Source of the DNA: a bacterium
Lineage (GTDB): Bacteria; RBG-13-61-14; DATKZS01
Direction: 5' to 3'
NCBI GenBank assembly: GCA_963674965.2
Contig: CAXXFL010000005.1
Location: 800,001-864,000 of the forward strand
Length of the DNA: 64,000 bases
Both the position numbers and the translations under genes were made by a program. Positions 55,633 to 64,000 of this stretch are shown here, piece by piece. Under the pieces are notes generated by a model, which ran no database searches, was not told the origin of the DNA, and saw nothing but the letters and a program-made list of their open reading frames with translations. The stretch's first letter is position 1. Each line of letters opens with the position of its first letter.

Positions 55633-56259
55633 ATGACCCGAAAAAGTTGGCGCTTCATATCCGGCTTGGCCGTATCGATTTTATTGTTTTGTCTTTCCCT
55701 GACGGCGGCGGCCCAGGACAACCCTGAGATGGACATGTCCGACGCCGACCCGGCCGAGGTGGAGGAAATTTTAAAGGGAGGATCCACCCAGGCGGGAGAA
55801 AGCGTTGCCCCGGCTGACGGTCCCGTCCAACCGGAACCGGGCGAGGAAAAAAAATCCCTTCCTCCCCCCGGCCCCCGCAAGCTTTCCATACAAAACGCCG
55901 AGGATTATTACCAGCTTCTGCTCGAGCGCCAGGGCTTGACCATTTCCAGCCATCGGCGCGTGCTCGAGATACTCGAGTCCCACGGCGGCGATCAACTGGC
56001 GGCCATGAAGGACCTTAAAAATCACGACAAGGAAAGACTTCGGAAGTCGGACGAACTGTTCAAGAAATACGGGACCAGTCACGAGGAATACTATGGCTCG
56101 GTCAAGGGATCGGACACGCTAAAGGAACGCTCCGCTTACCTGGATGAGCACCCCGAGATAAGAGACCAGCTCGCGGCGAACTCGAAGGAGATCAAGAGCC
56201 TGGAGAAGGCCGTCTGGTCCGCGTTAAGGCCTCTTTGGCGAGACGCTCCCGGCGGTTAA
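55633..56259 (+). CDS. Hypothetical secreted protein (paralog of the previous gene)
   Basis: Sec signal ending AAA, Pro-rich linker and a helical domain. Confidence 0.75.
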   Translation: MTRKSWRFISGLAVSILLFCLSLTAAAQDNPEMDMSDADPAEVEEILKGGSTQAGESVAPADGPVQPEPGEEKKSLPPPGPRKLSIQNAEDYYQLLLERQGLTISSHRRVLEILESHGGDQLAAMKDLKNHDKERLRKSDELFKKYGTSHEEYYGSVKGSDTLKERSAYLDEHPEIRDQLAANSKEIKSLEKAVWSALRPLWRDAPGG

Positions 56260-56496
56260 CTTTAGAAAATCCTAATCGTGGGGCCGAAGAATCCCAACGC
56301 TGGGCCGGCCATTGGACAAGGTCTTTTGACCAGAGGAATTCCCCTATACACGCCGGTTTTTCGCGACGGGATATTTTCCCGATATTCTCAATGCTTGAAG
56401 CCGTATTCCCATACCGGGAGGGGTTTACAATCGGTCGGCCCTGTGGTAGCGTAAATAGTTGGGCGGGACCGTTTTGGGATCGCCCGGGCTGAACTC

Positions 56497-56526
56497 CTTA
56501 TCCGCAAGGAAGAGCTTGCGGATAAG
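56497..56526 (+). promoter_or_regulatory. 12-bp perfect hairpin in the leader of the chemosensory operon
   Basis: CTTATCCGCAAG-GAAGAG-CTTGCGGATAAG, downstream of TTTACA-N17-TAGCGT (56424-56452). Confidence 0.5.
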
Positions 56527-56576
56527 TGCGTTTCCAGTTACAAGAAAGCCGCGCCATGACATGGAGAAAATAAAGC

Positions 56577-58619
56577 ATGGGCCTGGTCGGAAACCTTGAG
56601 GACTTGGGCCTCGGAGACATTTTACAGATCGTAAGCCTTTCCCGTAAGTCGGGGCTTTTGAGTCTCAACTGGGGTGAGGTTGAAGGGAAAATTATCTTCA
56701 AGGACGGCCAGGTGGTCGCGGCTTCCTCGAGTTCGGACTCCCGCACCATATCGTCAGTGCTGGCCGAGCGCAAGGTGGCCTCGGCCGATCAGGTCGGCGC
56801 CATCGAGGAGTTGGCCAAGTCCTCGGCCGACGCCGCGTCCGCCCACGCCTCCCTCGCCGACAAGCTGGGACTTTCAGCCGCCAAAATCGAGGACGCAGTG
56901 CGGGACAAGATCGAGAGCACGGTCTTCGACTTCTTCACCTGGCCCGAGGGTACCTTCAGTTTCGAGCTCCAGGAGATCGACGCCGAGATCGGAGGGTTGG
57001 GCTATCCCGACAGCGTCTTCGTGCTCGAGATGGGACTAAGCCCTCAGTTCCTCGCCATGGAGGGGACCAGGCTCCAGGATGAAAGGAGAAGGGACGAGGC
57101 GCCCGTCGGTCCGCCCATAAGAGGGCCCTCCAGTTTCGAGCCTCCCCCCCGGCCATCCGCGCTGGAGGAGGAACCGATATTCAAAACGAGCGGGACCGCG
57201 CCGGCCGCGGCCGGGTCGTCCCCCCTTCCCGAGGCCGAGGAAGACTTCAGCTCGGTGGCCGAGGCCCTCCAGCGTTACAAGGACGAGCCGGCGTCTCCCT
57301 CCCCGGCGGATGACGGAGACGAGAGTTCCCCGGTGGAATCGGCCTACGACGAAATCGACGCCTCGGGCGAGGTGGAGGAAGTCGTCCGCGGAACCGCCGC
57401 CGAGGATGAATACGCCCCCGAGCCGCCGATCGAGCCCGAGGCGGCCGCCGAGCCGGCTCCTCCCCCCGAGGGGCCCGTCACCAGCCGGGAGCCGGCCGGT
57501 GGGGACCATTCGATCGAGCTGGTGGTGGTGGACGACGACCCGGTGCTTATCCGCCGCGTCGGGAGTCACCTTGTCCCCAAAGGTTACAAGGTCATCGGTT
57601 TCGACTCCGTGGCGGCGGCCGTCAAGCACGTTCAGGAAGAAGTCGACCTGGGAGAAAAACCGACGGTGGTGCTGGCCGACCTTATCATGCCCGACTCGAG
57701 GGGCGAGTCGACCCTCGGCGGACTCGAGATGCTGGAACAAACCAGGAAGACGAACCCGGCCATATCCGTGTACGTCATGACCGACTATGAAAACAAGCCC
57801 GCCCGCGAAAAGGCCCGGGAACTGGGCGCTCGCTTCTTTTTCATGAAGCCCAAGTCCAGCCAGATCGAGGAGGACGAGGACACCCCCGAGCTTGTCAACT
57901 TCGTCCAGGTCCTCGACGACGCGCTGGGCACGGAACCGAAAAAGAAAGCGGCCGAGAAGGCCCCGGACAAGGCGGCCGAAAGCGGGATGATCAATCTCGG
58001 CGAGGAGCTCAGGAGGGAGTTCGGCGAGGAAGTCATTCCCGAGAAGGCTCAGCCGGCCGAGCAGGTAAGGCCCAGCCGGGGACTGTTCATGCTCAAGTCC
58101 ATGATCAGCGAGCTTAACGATCCCCAGTCCAGCGGCCAGATAACCCTGATGATCCTGAGGTTCGCCGCCGAGATCATGAACCGGTCCGTAATATTCCTGG
58201 TGGCGAAAAACCAGATAGCCGGCCTGGGCCAGTTCGGCATCGAGATTGACGGGATCGATCCTCAAAAACACGTGAGGAAAATACGCATCCCCCTCAAGGA
58301 GCCCTCGATCTTCCGGGAAGCCATTCAAAAGCGCCTGCCCCTCAAGAAAAGCCTGAAGAAAAACAAATGGCATGAATACCTGGTTAAAAGCCTCGGGGGG
58401 GTGTTGCCCAACGAGGTCTTCGTGGCGCCCATCATCGCCGGCGGCAAGATAGCGGCTATACTCTATGGAGACAACGTGCCCGAGGACAAGGAAATAGGCG
58501 ACACCGAAAGCCTGGAGATTTTCCTTGCCCAGGCGGGCCTGGCGATGGAAAAGGCGCTTTTGGAAAGAAAGCTCAGGGAGATGGGAAGCCCGCCCGAGGG
58601 ACTGGCTGAAAACTCCTGA
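56577..58619 (+). CDS. DUF4388 (PatA-N-like) / receiver / GAF-like multidomain protein
   Basis: LVGNLEDLGLGDILQIVSLSRKSG...W.EG.FSF; VVDDD...ADLIMP...MT...KP; APIIAGGKIAAILYGDN. Confidence 0.85.
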   Translation: MGLVGNLEDLGLGDILQIVSLSRKSGLLSLNWGEVEGKIIFKDGQVVAASSSSDSRTISSVLAERKVASADQVGAIEELAKSSADAASAHASLADKLGLSAAKIEDAVRDKIESTVFDFFTWPEGTFSFELQEIDAEIGGLGYPDSVFVLEMGLSPQFLAMEGTRLQDERRRDEAPVGPPIRGPSSFEPPPRPSALEEEPIFKTSGTAPAAAGSSPLPEAEEDFSSVAEALQRYKDEPASPSPADDGDESSPVESAYDEIDASGEVEEVVRGTAAEDEYAPEPPIEPEAAAEPAPPPEGPVTSREPAGGDHSIELVVVDDDPVLIRRVGSHLVPKGYKVIGFDSVAAAVKHVQEEVDLGEKPTVVLADLIMPDSRGESTLGGLEMLEQTRKTNPAISVYVMTDYENKPAREKARELGARFFFMKPKSSQIEEDEDTPELVNFVQVLDDALGTEPKKKAAEKAPDKAAESGMINLGEELRREFGEEVIPEKAQPAEQVRPSRGLFMLKSMISELNDPQSSGQITLMILRFAAEIMNRSVIFLVAKNQIAGLGQFGIEIDGIDPQKHVRKIRIPLKEPSIFREAIQKRLPLKKSLKKNKWHEYLVKSLGGVLPNEVFVAPIIAGGKIAAILYGDNVPEDKEIGDTESLEIFLAQAGLAMEKALLERKLREMGSPPEGLAENS

Positions 58620-58695
58620 GAATTGAGACGCAATTTTGTGGGTGAGGGCCGACTGGGCCCCTCCCGTTACGCGACAACAAAACGATGGAGGAAGG

Positions 58696-59082
58696 ATGGG
58701 ACGAGCTGTCCTGATCGCCGAGGATTCCGCGGTGACCCGGGCCTTTTTGGTTTCGACCCTGGAGGAAATCGAGGACTTCGACATCGTGGAGGCGTCAACC
58801 GGCTTCGAGGCGCTGAAACAACTGCCGAGAAGGAAGTTCTCGCTGATCATTACCGACATCAACATGCCGGACATCAACGGGCTCGAGCTTATCAACTTCG
58901 TCAAGAATAACCTGAGCTACCGGCAAATACCGTTGATAGTGGTCACCACCGAGGGCGCCGAAAAGGACCGCCAAAAGGGCATGGCCCTGGGCGCGGACGA
59001 ATACCTCGTAAAACCGATCGATCCGGAGGAACTGCAGGAGGCCGTCTCCAAGCACCTGGGAGACGGAGGCAACCGAGGGTAA
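58696..59082 (+). CDS. CheY-like single-domain response regulator
   Basis: LIAEDS, ITDINMPDINGLEL, VTT and YLVKP. Confidence 0.92.
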   Translation: MGRAVLIAEDSAVTRAFLVSTLEEIEDFDIVEASTGFEALKQLPRRKFSLIITDINMPDINGLELINFVKNNLSYRQIPLIVVTTEGAEKDRQKGMALGADEYLVKPIDPEELQEAVSKHLGDGGNRG

Positions 59083-59089
59083 TAAAGGA

Positions 59090-61330
59090 ATGTCAAACGA
59101 CGTCCCCATAGATGAGTTCCTGGGTGAGGCCGAGGACATCATCGATTCCCTTAACCGGGACCTCTTAAGCGTTCATAAGGCGGTTTCCGGGGCCAAGAGG
59201 GTCGACCCCTCTCTCGTGAACAATATCTTCCGAGCCGCCCACTCGCTTAAGGGGATTTCCGGGCTGTTCGGTTTTACCGACCTCACCAAGCTCGCCCATA
59301 CCCTCGAGAACATGCTCGACAGGCTGAGACTCGGAAAAATAGACCTTAACGAGGCCGTGCTCGACCTCCTCTTCGAGAGCGTCGATATGCTCAGGGCCAT
59401 CGTGGCCGGAAAGGCCGAGGACGTCGATCCACCCTCCCTGGCCGAGATCGAGGACGTCACGGCAAGACTCGAGAGCGCCGAGAGTCAAAAAACCGACGGC
59501 GCGGCGGACGACGTCCTTAAATGCGTGGGACAGGAAATCCTCGCCGTGCTCACCGAGTACGAGGAACACCGCCTCCAGGAAAATATCAAGGAGGGCATGA
59601 ATATAATCAAGGTCAGGGCCGCCTTCGACCTGGCCACCTTCGACGAGGACCTGACCGACCTCCAGGCCGCGGCCAAGGAATTCGGCGAGATCATTACCAC
59701 CCTCCCGAGCGCCGAGGAAAGCTCCGAGGATAAAATCACCTTCGACATCGTGGTGGGGACCGAATACTCGATCGAGAGCGTCGAGACCTCCCTCGCCGGA
59801 AGGCCCCTGACGTATAAGCTCCTTAGGAAGGGGACCGTCAAGCCGCCGGCCCCTCCCCCTCCCAGTCCCGCGCCCAAGGCCAAGGACCCCGCTCCAGCGG
59901 CCAAGGCGGAGGAGAAAAAAAGCCCGGCCCCGAAAACGAAAAAAGAAGCCGATGACCCGGCGGACCCCGAGGCGGACCAGGGCCTTCGGGCCATCTCCCA
60001 GTCGGTGCGGGTGGACATTGGCAAGCTGGACAACCTGATGAACATCGTGGGCGAGCTGGTCATAGGCAAGAACATCATGACTCAGCTCATCGAGAGGCTA
60101 CGCCTGGACATGGGATTTTCCGAGCTGACCATCGAGCTTGTGAAAAACACCCGGACCATGGAAAGGAAACTCTTCGAGCTCCAGCAGGGGGTCCTCGAGG
60201 TCCGCATGGTCCGGATCGGACAGATATTCGACAAGCTCCATAGAAACGTGAGAAAACTATCCCGCGAGCTTGACAAGGCGGTCGATTTCGTGGTCGAGGG
60301 AGGGGACACGGAACTGGACAAACTGATCATCGAGGACCTGGCCGATCCCCTCATGCATATAATACGCAACTGCATGGACCACGGACTCGAGTCCAAGGCC
60401 GAGCGCGTCCAACTCGGGAAACCGGTAAAAGGACTGGTCCAGCTCAAGGCTTTCCAGAGAGGAAACCACGTTATCATAGAAATCTACGACGACGGCGGGG
60501 GAGTGGACTTCGAGAAAATCAGGGCCAAGGCCATCGAGCGCGGCATGATCGAGCCCACCGCCGAGCCCCGGCCGGAGGAGCTCATCGAGTGCATGTTCAC
60601 CCCCGGTTTTTCCACCGCCGAGATCGTGTCCGAGATAAGCGGAAGGGGCGTCGGACTGGACGTGGTCAAGGCCAACATCGGGGCCCTCTCGGGGGCCATC
60701 GACGTCGAGAGCAGGCCCGGGGAGGGGACCAAGTTCATCATCACCTTGCCCATCACCCTGGCCATCATCCAGGCGCTGATCGTCGAGTCCAGCCGCGAGA
60801 CCTTCGCCATACCGCTCAACTCGGTGCAGCAGGGACTCATGATAAAGCCCGAGGACATCGAGACCATCGAGGGACGAGAGGTGATCGAGCTGAGGGGAAA
60901 GACCCTTCCCCTGCTCCGCCTCGATAAGCTCTTCGGTCTTGGAAACGGAGCGAAGGCCGAAAACGGCGGGCTTGCAACAGGCGCGGCAAAAAAGGAAGAG
61001 GCGGCGGGTGACTCGAGGCCGAAAGACGGTCCCCGCGCCGTCGAGATAGGTCCCATGGGACTGGCGCCCAAGAAGGGCGGGGAAACAAAGGACAAGGAGG
61101 GCGAAGAAATCTACGTGGTCAAGGTGGGAATAGCCGACCGCGGACTGGGCATCATCGTGGACAAGCTTTGGGGCCGCCAGGACATCGTGATCAAGCCGGT
61201 GGGCGAGCTTCTCAAGGGGATCAAGGGCATCGCCGGGGCCACCGAGCTTGGCAACCAGCGGACCATCCTCGTCCTGGACGTCATGGACCTGATGGAGGAA
61301 TCCTCCGTGTCCATGTTCAGCGTGAACTGA
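59090..61330 (+). CDS. cheA: Chemotaxis histidine kinase CheA
   Basis: IFRAAHSLKG (Hpt), P2, RVDIGKLDNLMNIVGEL, RNCMDHG, DDGGG, GRGVGLDVV and a C-terminal CheW domain. Confidence 0.96.
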   Translation: MSNDVPIDEFLGEAEDIIDSLNRDLLSVHKAVSGAKRVDPSLVNNIFRAAHSLKGISGLFGFTDLTKLAHTLENMLDRLRLGKIDLNEAVLDLLFESVDMLRAIVAGKAEDVDPPSLAEIEDVTARLESAESQKTDGAADDVLKCVGQEILAVLTEYEEHRLQENIKEGMNIIKVRAAFDLATFDEDLTDLQAAAKEFGEIITTLPSAEESSEDKITFDIVVGTEYSIESVETSLAGRPLTYKLLRKGTVKPPAPPPPSPAPKAKDPAPAAKAEEKKSPAPKTKKEADDPADPEADQGLRAISQSVRVDIGKLDNLMNIVGELVIGKNIMTQLIERLRLDMGFSELTIELVKNTRTMERKLFELQQGVLEVRMVRIGQIFDKLHRNVRKLSRELDKAVDFVVEGGDTELDKLIIEDLADPLMHIIRNCMDHGLESKAERVQLGKPVKGLVQLKAFQRGNHVIIEIYDDGGGVDFEKIRAKAIERGMIEPTAEPRPEELIECMFTPGFSTAEIVSEISGRGVGLDVVKANIGALSGAIDVESRPGEGTKFIITLPITLAIIQALIVESSRETFAIPLNSVQQGLMIKPEDIETIEGREVIELRGKTLPLLRLDKLFGLGNGAKAENGGLATGAAKKEEAAGDSRPKDGPRAVEIGPMGLAPKKGGETKDKEGEEIYVVKVGIADRGLGIIVDKLWGRQDIVIKPVGELLKGIKGIAGATELGNQRTILVLDVMDLMEESSVSMFSVN

Positions 61331-61343
61331 AAAAGGGGGCGGC

Positions 61344-62210
61344 GTGTATCTCGATTTCTACGGCCTGGAAAGAAAGCCTTTCTCCAAGACGCCGGACCCG
61401 GCCATGCTCTACTTCAGTCCCGAGCACGCCGAGGCCCTGGCGAGAATGGAGCAGGCCGTCGAGGACCGGGAGTTCATGATGCTGACGGGGGACGTGGGCT
61501 GCGGCAAGACGACCCTGAGCCGCGCCCTTATCGACCGTCTGCCCGACTCGGTCAGGCCCGCCCTTATCATCAATCCGCGGCTGACGCCGAACCAGCTTCT
61601 TCGCGTCATCGCCTCGAGGCTGGGGGAGGACGAGCCGAAACATTTCAGGGTCGACCTGGTGGAGCAGATCAACGACCTTTTGCTCAACTGTCTCGAGAAC
61701 GAGGTCCTGCCCCTGCTTATCATCGACGAGGCCCAGTCGATACCGAGCAGGGAAACCTTCGAGGAGATCAGGCTGCTCACCAACTTCCAGCTCGACGACC
61801 GCAACCTCATGTCCATCATGCTGATAGGACAGCCCGAGTTGGACAAGAGGGTCAGACACTCGGCCTACGAGGCCCTGCGGCAAAGGATAGGGTTCAGGTA
61901 TCACCTGGGCCCCCTCCGGCCCGAGTCGGTCAGGGAATACGTGGCCCACCGGCTAGAGGCCGTCGGCGGTCCTCCGGACCTCTTTACCGACGACGCCCTC
62001 GAGCTGGTGGCCGGCGTCACCGGGTCGATACCGAGATGGATCAACAACGTGTGCGGCGCGGCCCTGCTCGAGGGCTTTGGAAGAGAGGCCCGGAGCATCG
62101 ACCGCCAGATCGTAAGGGACGCCGCCGTCGATCTCGGACTTATAAGCGGGACCGGAAGGTCCCCGGAGGCGCTCGAGCTGGTCGAGGACTCGGCGGCATC
62201 CTCCACTTAG
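61344..62210 (+). CDS. ExeA/GspA-like AAA ATPase
   Basis: MYLDFYGL..KPF..TPDP, TGDVGCGKTT, IIDEAQ, IGQPEL and LRQRI. Confidence 0.92.
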   Translation: MYLDFYGLERKPFSKTPDPAMLYFSPEHAEALARMEQAVEDREFMMLTGDVGCGKTTLSRALIDRLPDSVRPALIINPRLTPNQLLRVIASRLGEDEPKHFRVDLVEQINDLLLNCLENEVLPLLIIDEAQSIPSRETFEEIRLLTNFQLDDRNLMSIMLIGQPELDKRVRHSAYEALRQRIGFRYHLGPLRPESVREYVAHRLEAVGGPPDLFTDDALELVAGVTGSIPRWINNVCGAALLEGFGREARSIDRQIVRDAAVDLGLISGTGRSPEALELVEDSAASST

Positions 62211-62227
62211 GAGACGAAAAGGAGAAC

Positions 62228-62750
62228 ATGGACCTTCTCAAGGCCAGGGAGCGGGCGAAGAAAAAAGCCCGCGAGAAAGAGGAACTCGAGGCGGCGAAAA
62301 AAGCCGGCCGCGAAGAGGGGACCACCGCGCCTACAAAGGACGAGCCGCCGCCCGAGGCCGCGGCGGCGGCCAAGGAGTCGGCCGAGCCCGGTCCCGAGGC
62401 GATGGAGCGTCCCGCCGGCGAGGAGAAAAAACTCGAGCCCGCGCCTCTTGGGGGCGACGAGTCCGACGTCTTCGTTGACGACGCCTTTGGGGAGGACCTT
62501 CCCTACGTGGAGAGCGAGGAAGACGAGTCGGACGACCTTATGCTTGAAGTTACCTCCGGTTCCGCCTCGGACCTGGTCATCGACAACGAGGATGAGGAAT
62601 CTTGGGAAGCCGAGCTGGAACAGATGAAAAAGGAGACGGAAAAGGAGCCGGCCAAAGAGGCGGCGCGGCCTTCGGCCCGTCCCGTTCCTCCCCGGACGGA
62701 ATCGGCGCCGGAGGAGTTGGAGGAGGATGAGATCGAGGTCCAGGCCATCG
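62228..62750 (+). pseudogene. Truncated gene with an acidic low-complexity N-terminus, probably CheW, cut at a junction
   Basis: AAGGAG RBS and MDLLKARERAKKK. The frame then runs into antisense AlaX sequence. The CheW identity is inferred from position only. Confidence 0.5.
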
Positions 62751-63277
62751 GCAGTCCGCGCGAGCGCACCGAACGGCGGGCCGCCCCGGCGGGGGTTTCC
62801 CAATGGACCCTTACGGTGCGATTTTCGCGAATCAGGGCATTGGCCCCCGTCTCCAGGTCCTGCAGGATGTCGTCTGCAAGTGCCGCACAATCCAGTTCGA
62901 CGTCCGATCGCAGAACTCCCAGGTGAAACGCCGTGGTCGCAAGGCCGAAGCGGTCCTGGGCCAGGGCGGTCAACAGGTGCTGGGCGCTGTGTTGTTGCAT
63001 GTGGTCGTAGCGTCGGGGCCAGTCCAGGGTTTACCGTCACCTCGCCGGCCACCGGCCGGTCCAGCAGGTGTACCAGAGCACCGTCCTCCCGGCGGTAGAG
63101 TTTGCGGACCGGCCGGTCGGCCACCCACCCGGTATCGGCCGGTTGGCCGCCACTCTCGGGGTAGAGCACGGTTCGGTCCAAAACGACCCGATAGCCGTCC
63201 GCGCCTTTGCGGCATTCTTTGACGGCGGCGGTCAGGGTTGTGCGATAGGCGTCCTCTTGGCAAACCAAACGGGTCAT
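62750..63277 (-). pseudogene. Alanyl-tRNA editing protein (AlaX-like), frameshifted and 3'-truncated
   Basis: DRTVLYPESGGQPADTG, then an extra base at 63030-63032, then DWPRRYDHMQQHSAQHLL. The C-terminal CxxxH half is missing. Confidence 0.85.
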
Positions 63278-64000
63278 CGGTTGCGGGCCCCCACTATAAA
63301 AAGATGGATATGGCGAGGGTCCAGGTCTTTTTTGAGCACCCGGCCCAGTTCGGTTTCGATGTCGGCGAACAGCGCCTCCAGGCAGGGACCCAGGCGCCGG
63401 GTGAGCGCTTGCGCCCCCAGCCGGCTGCGGGTGCACAGCCATTGCAAGAAATTGGCCCGCATGTCCAGGGCCACCGTGCGGGGACGGTGGCGTCCCGACC
63501 AAAGGTGGCCGAAAAAATCTCCGAAGGCGTTCGGGGACAAGGCCTCCAGAGAGTCCGGCAGGCCCAAAAAATGGCGTGCCCAGAGGGTCAACAGAAGGTT
63601 TTTGTAGCTCAGACGGCCGTACAACTCGAAGCGGCTGAAATCGATCTGCAGGCGCGCCAGCAGGTGGTCCATGGCACGAATTTGCTCCCAGACGGCCTGG
63701 GCTTCCAGAACCTCCGCCAAGGCCGCAAATTCACGATAAAGTGCCCCGCTGCGATAGTCGTCATAGTATCGGGGGGTTTTGATCAGCAGGCCGCCCAAAA
63801 CCCCCAGCCAGTCCTGGCCCCAGAAACTCAAGGGCAGCCCGGCCGTTTGGGCCCAGCTGTGGCGGCGCCATTTCTGTACCCGCCATTTGAGTTCCAGCAC
63901 CCGGCCGTAGCCGACCCTGAAGATGTGGGCCAGGTGATACCGGCGCAGCAGGGCCGCACCGTGACTGCGACCATCAGACCGGTCGTGGCCGATCAGCACT
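63274..64000 (-). CDS. Conserved hypothetical protein (DUF6178-like), 5' end outside the window
   Basis: IFRVGYG..LELKW...LSFWG..WLGVLGGLL...YREF pattern recalled from Desulfobacterales proteins; ATGA overlap with alaX. Confidence 0.6.
   Translation of the reverse strand, partial: VLIGHDRSDGRSHGAALLRRYHLAHIFRVGYGRVLELKWRVQKWRRHSWAQTAGLPLSFWGQDWLGVLGGLLIKTPRYYDDYRSGALYREFAALAEVLEAQAVWEQIRAMDHLLARLQIDFSRFELYGRLSYKNLLLTLWARHFLGLPDSLEALSPNAFGDFFGHLWSGRHRPRTVALDMRANFLQWLCTRSRLGAQALTRRLGPCLEALFADIETELGRVLKKDLDPRHIHLFIVGARNR

Noticed and set aside
57036-58904. 622-aa - strand ORF
   Set aside because: Antisense shadow of the DUF4388 and CheY genes, common in high-GC DNA, with no motifs.
62207-63502. 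431-aa - strand ORF as a novel fusion protein
   Set aside because: It is a patchwork of an off-frame leader, the AlaX N-terminus, post-frameshift sequence and antisense of the truncated gene across the junction.

Overview
GC-rich chromosomal window from an anaerobic deltaproteobacterium-like organism (Desulfobacterota/Myxococcota-type content: mglBA, four-subunit POR, c3-type cytochromes, gspLMN, a DUF4388/CheA/ExeA cluster). Most of it is housekeeping DNA: pncA, PTS IIA, MFS, porCDAB, trxB-prmA-rsmE, trxA, ndk, rlmN, msrAB, a LOG-family gene, a Cys/Met PLP enzyme, mobB, tRNA-Arg(CCG) and tRNA-His(GTG). The main candidate system is an 11.5 kb electron-transfer locus (8175-19624). Its rnfCDGEAB operon looks rewired: RnfC lacks its FMN/NADH motifs, RnfD lacks its flavinylation loop, and RnfB is fused to an NADP(H)-type GltD/NfnB-like flavoprotein. 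Beside it are an inverted rseC gene and a three-gene Hmc-like operon (18-heme cytochrome, Fe-S protein with no Tat signal, NrfD fused to a hexaheme domain). Two AT-rich accessory islets (about 3510-7920 and 23191-25550) carry IS elements, orphan secreted proteins and a shared GGGGACRGCATC-TATCTCG motif. One gene there can be rebuilt in frame after removing an IS3 element with unusual ends. The last ~1.25 kb lies beyond an abrupt head-to-head junction (~62750) that is probably an assembly chimera. All family calls come from reading motifs by eye; no database searches were run.
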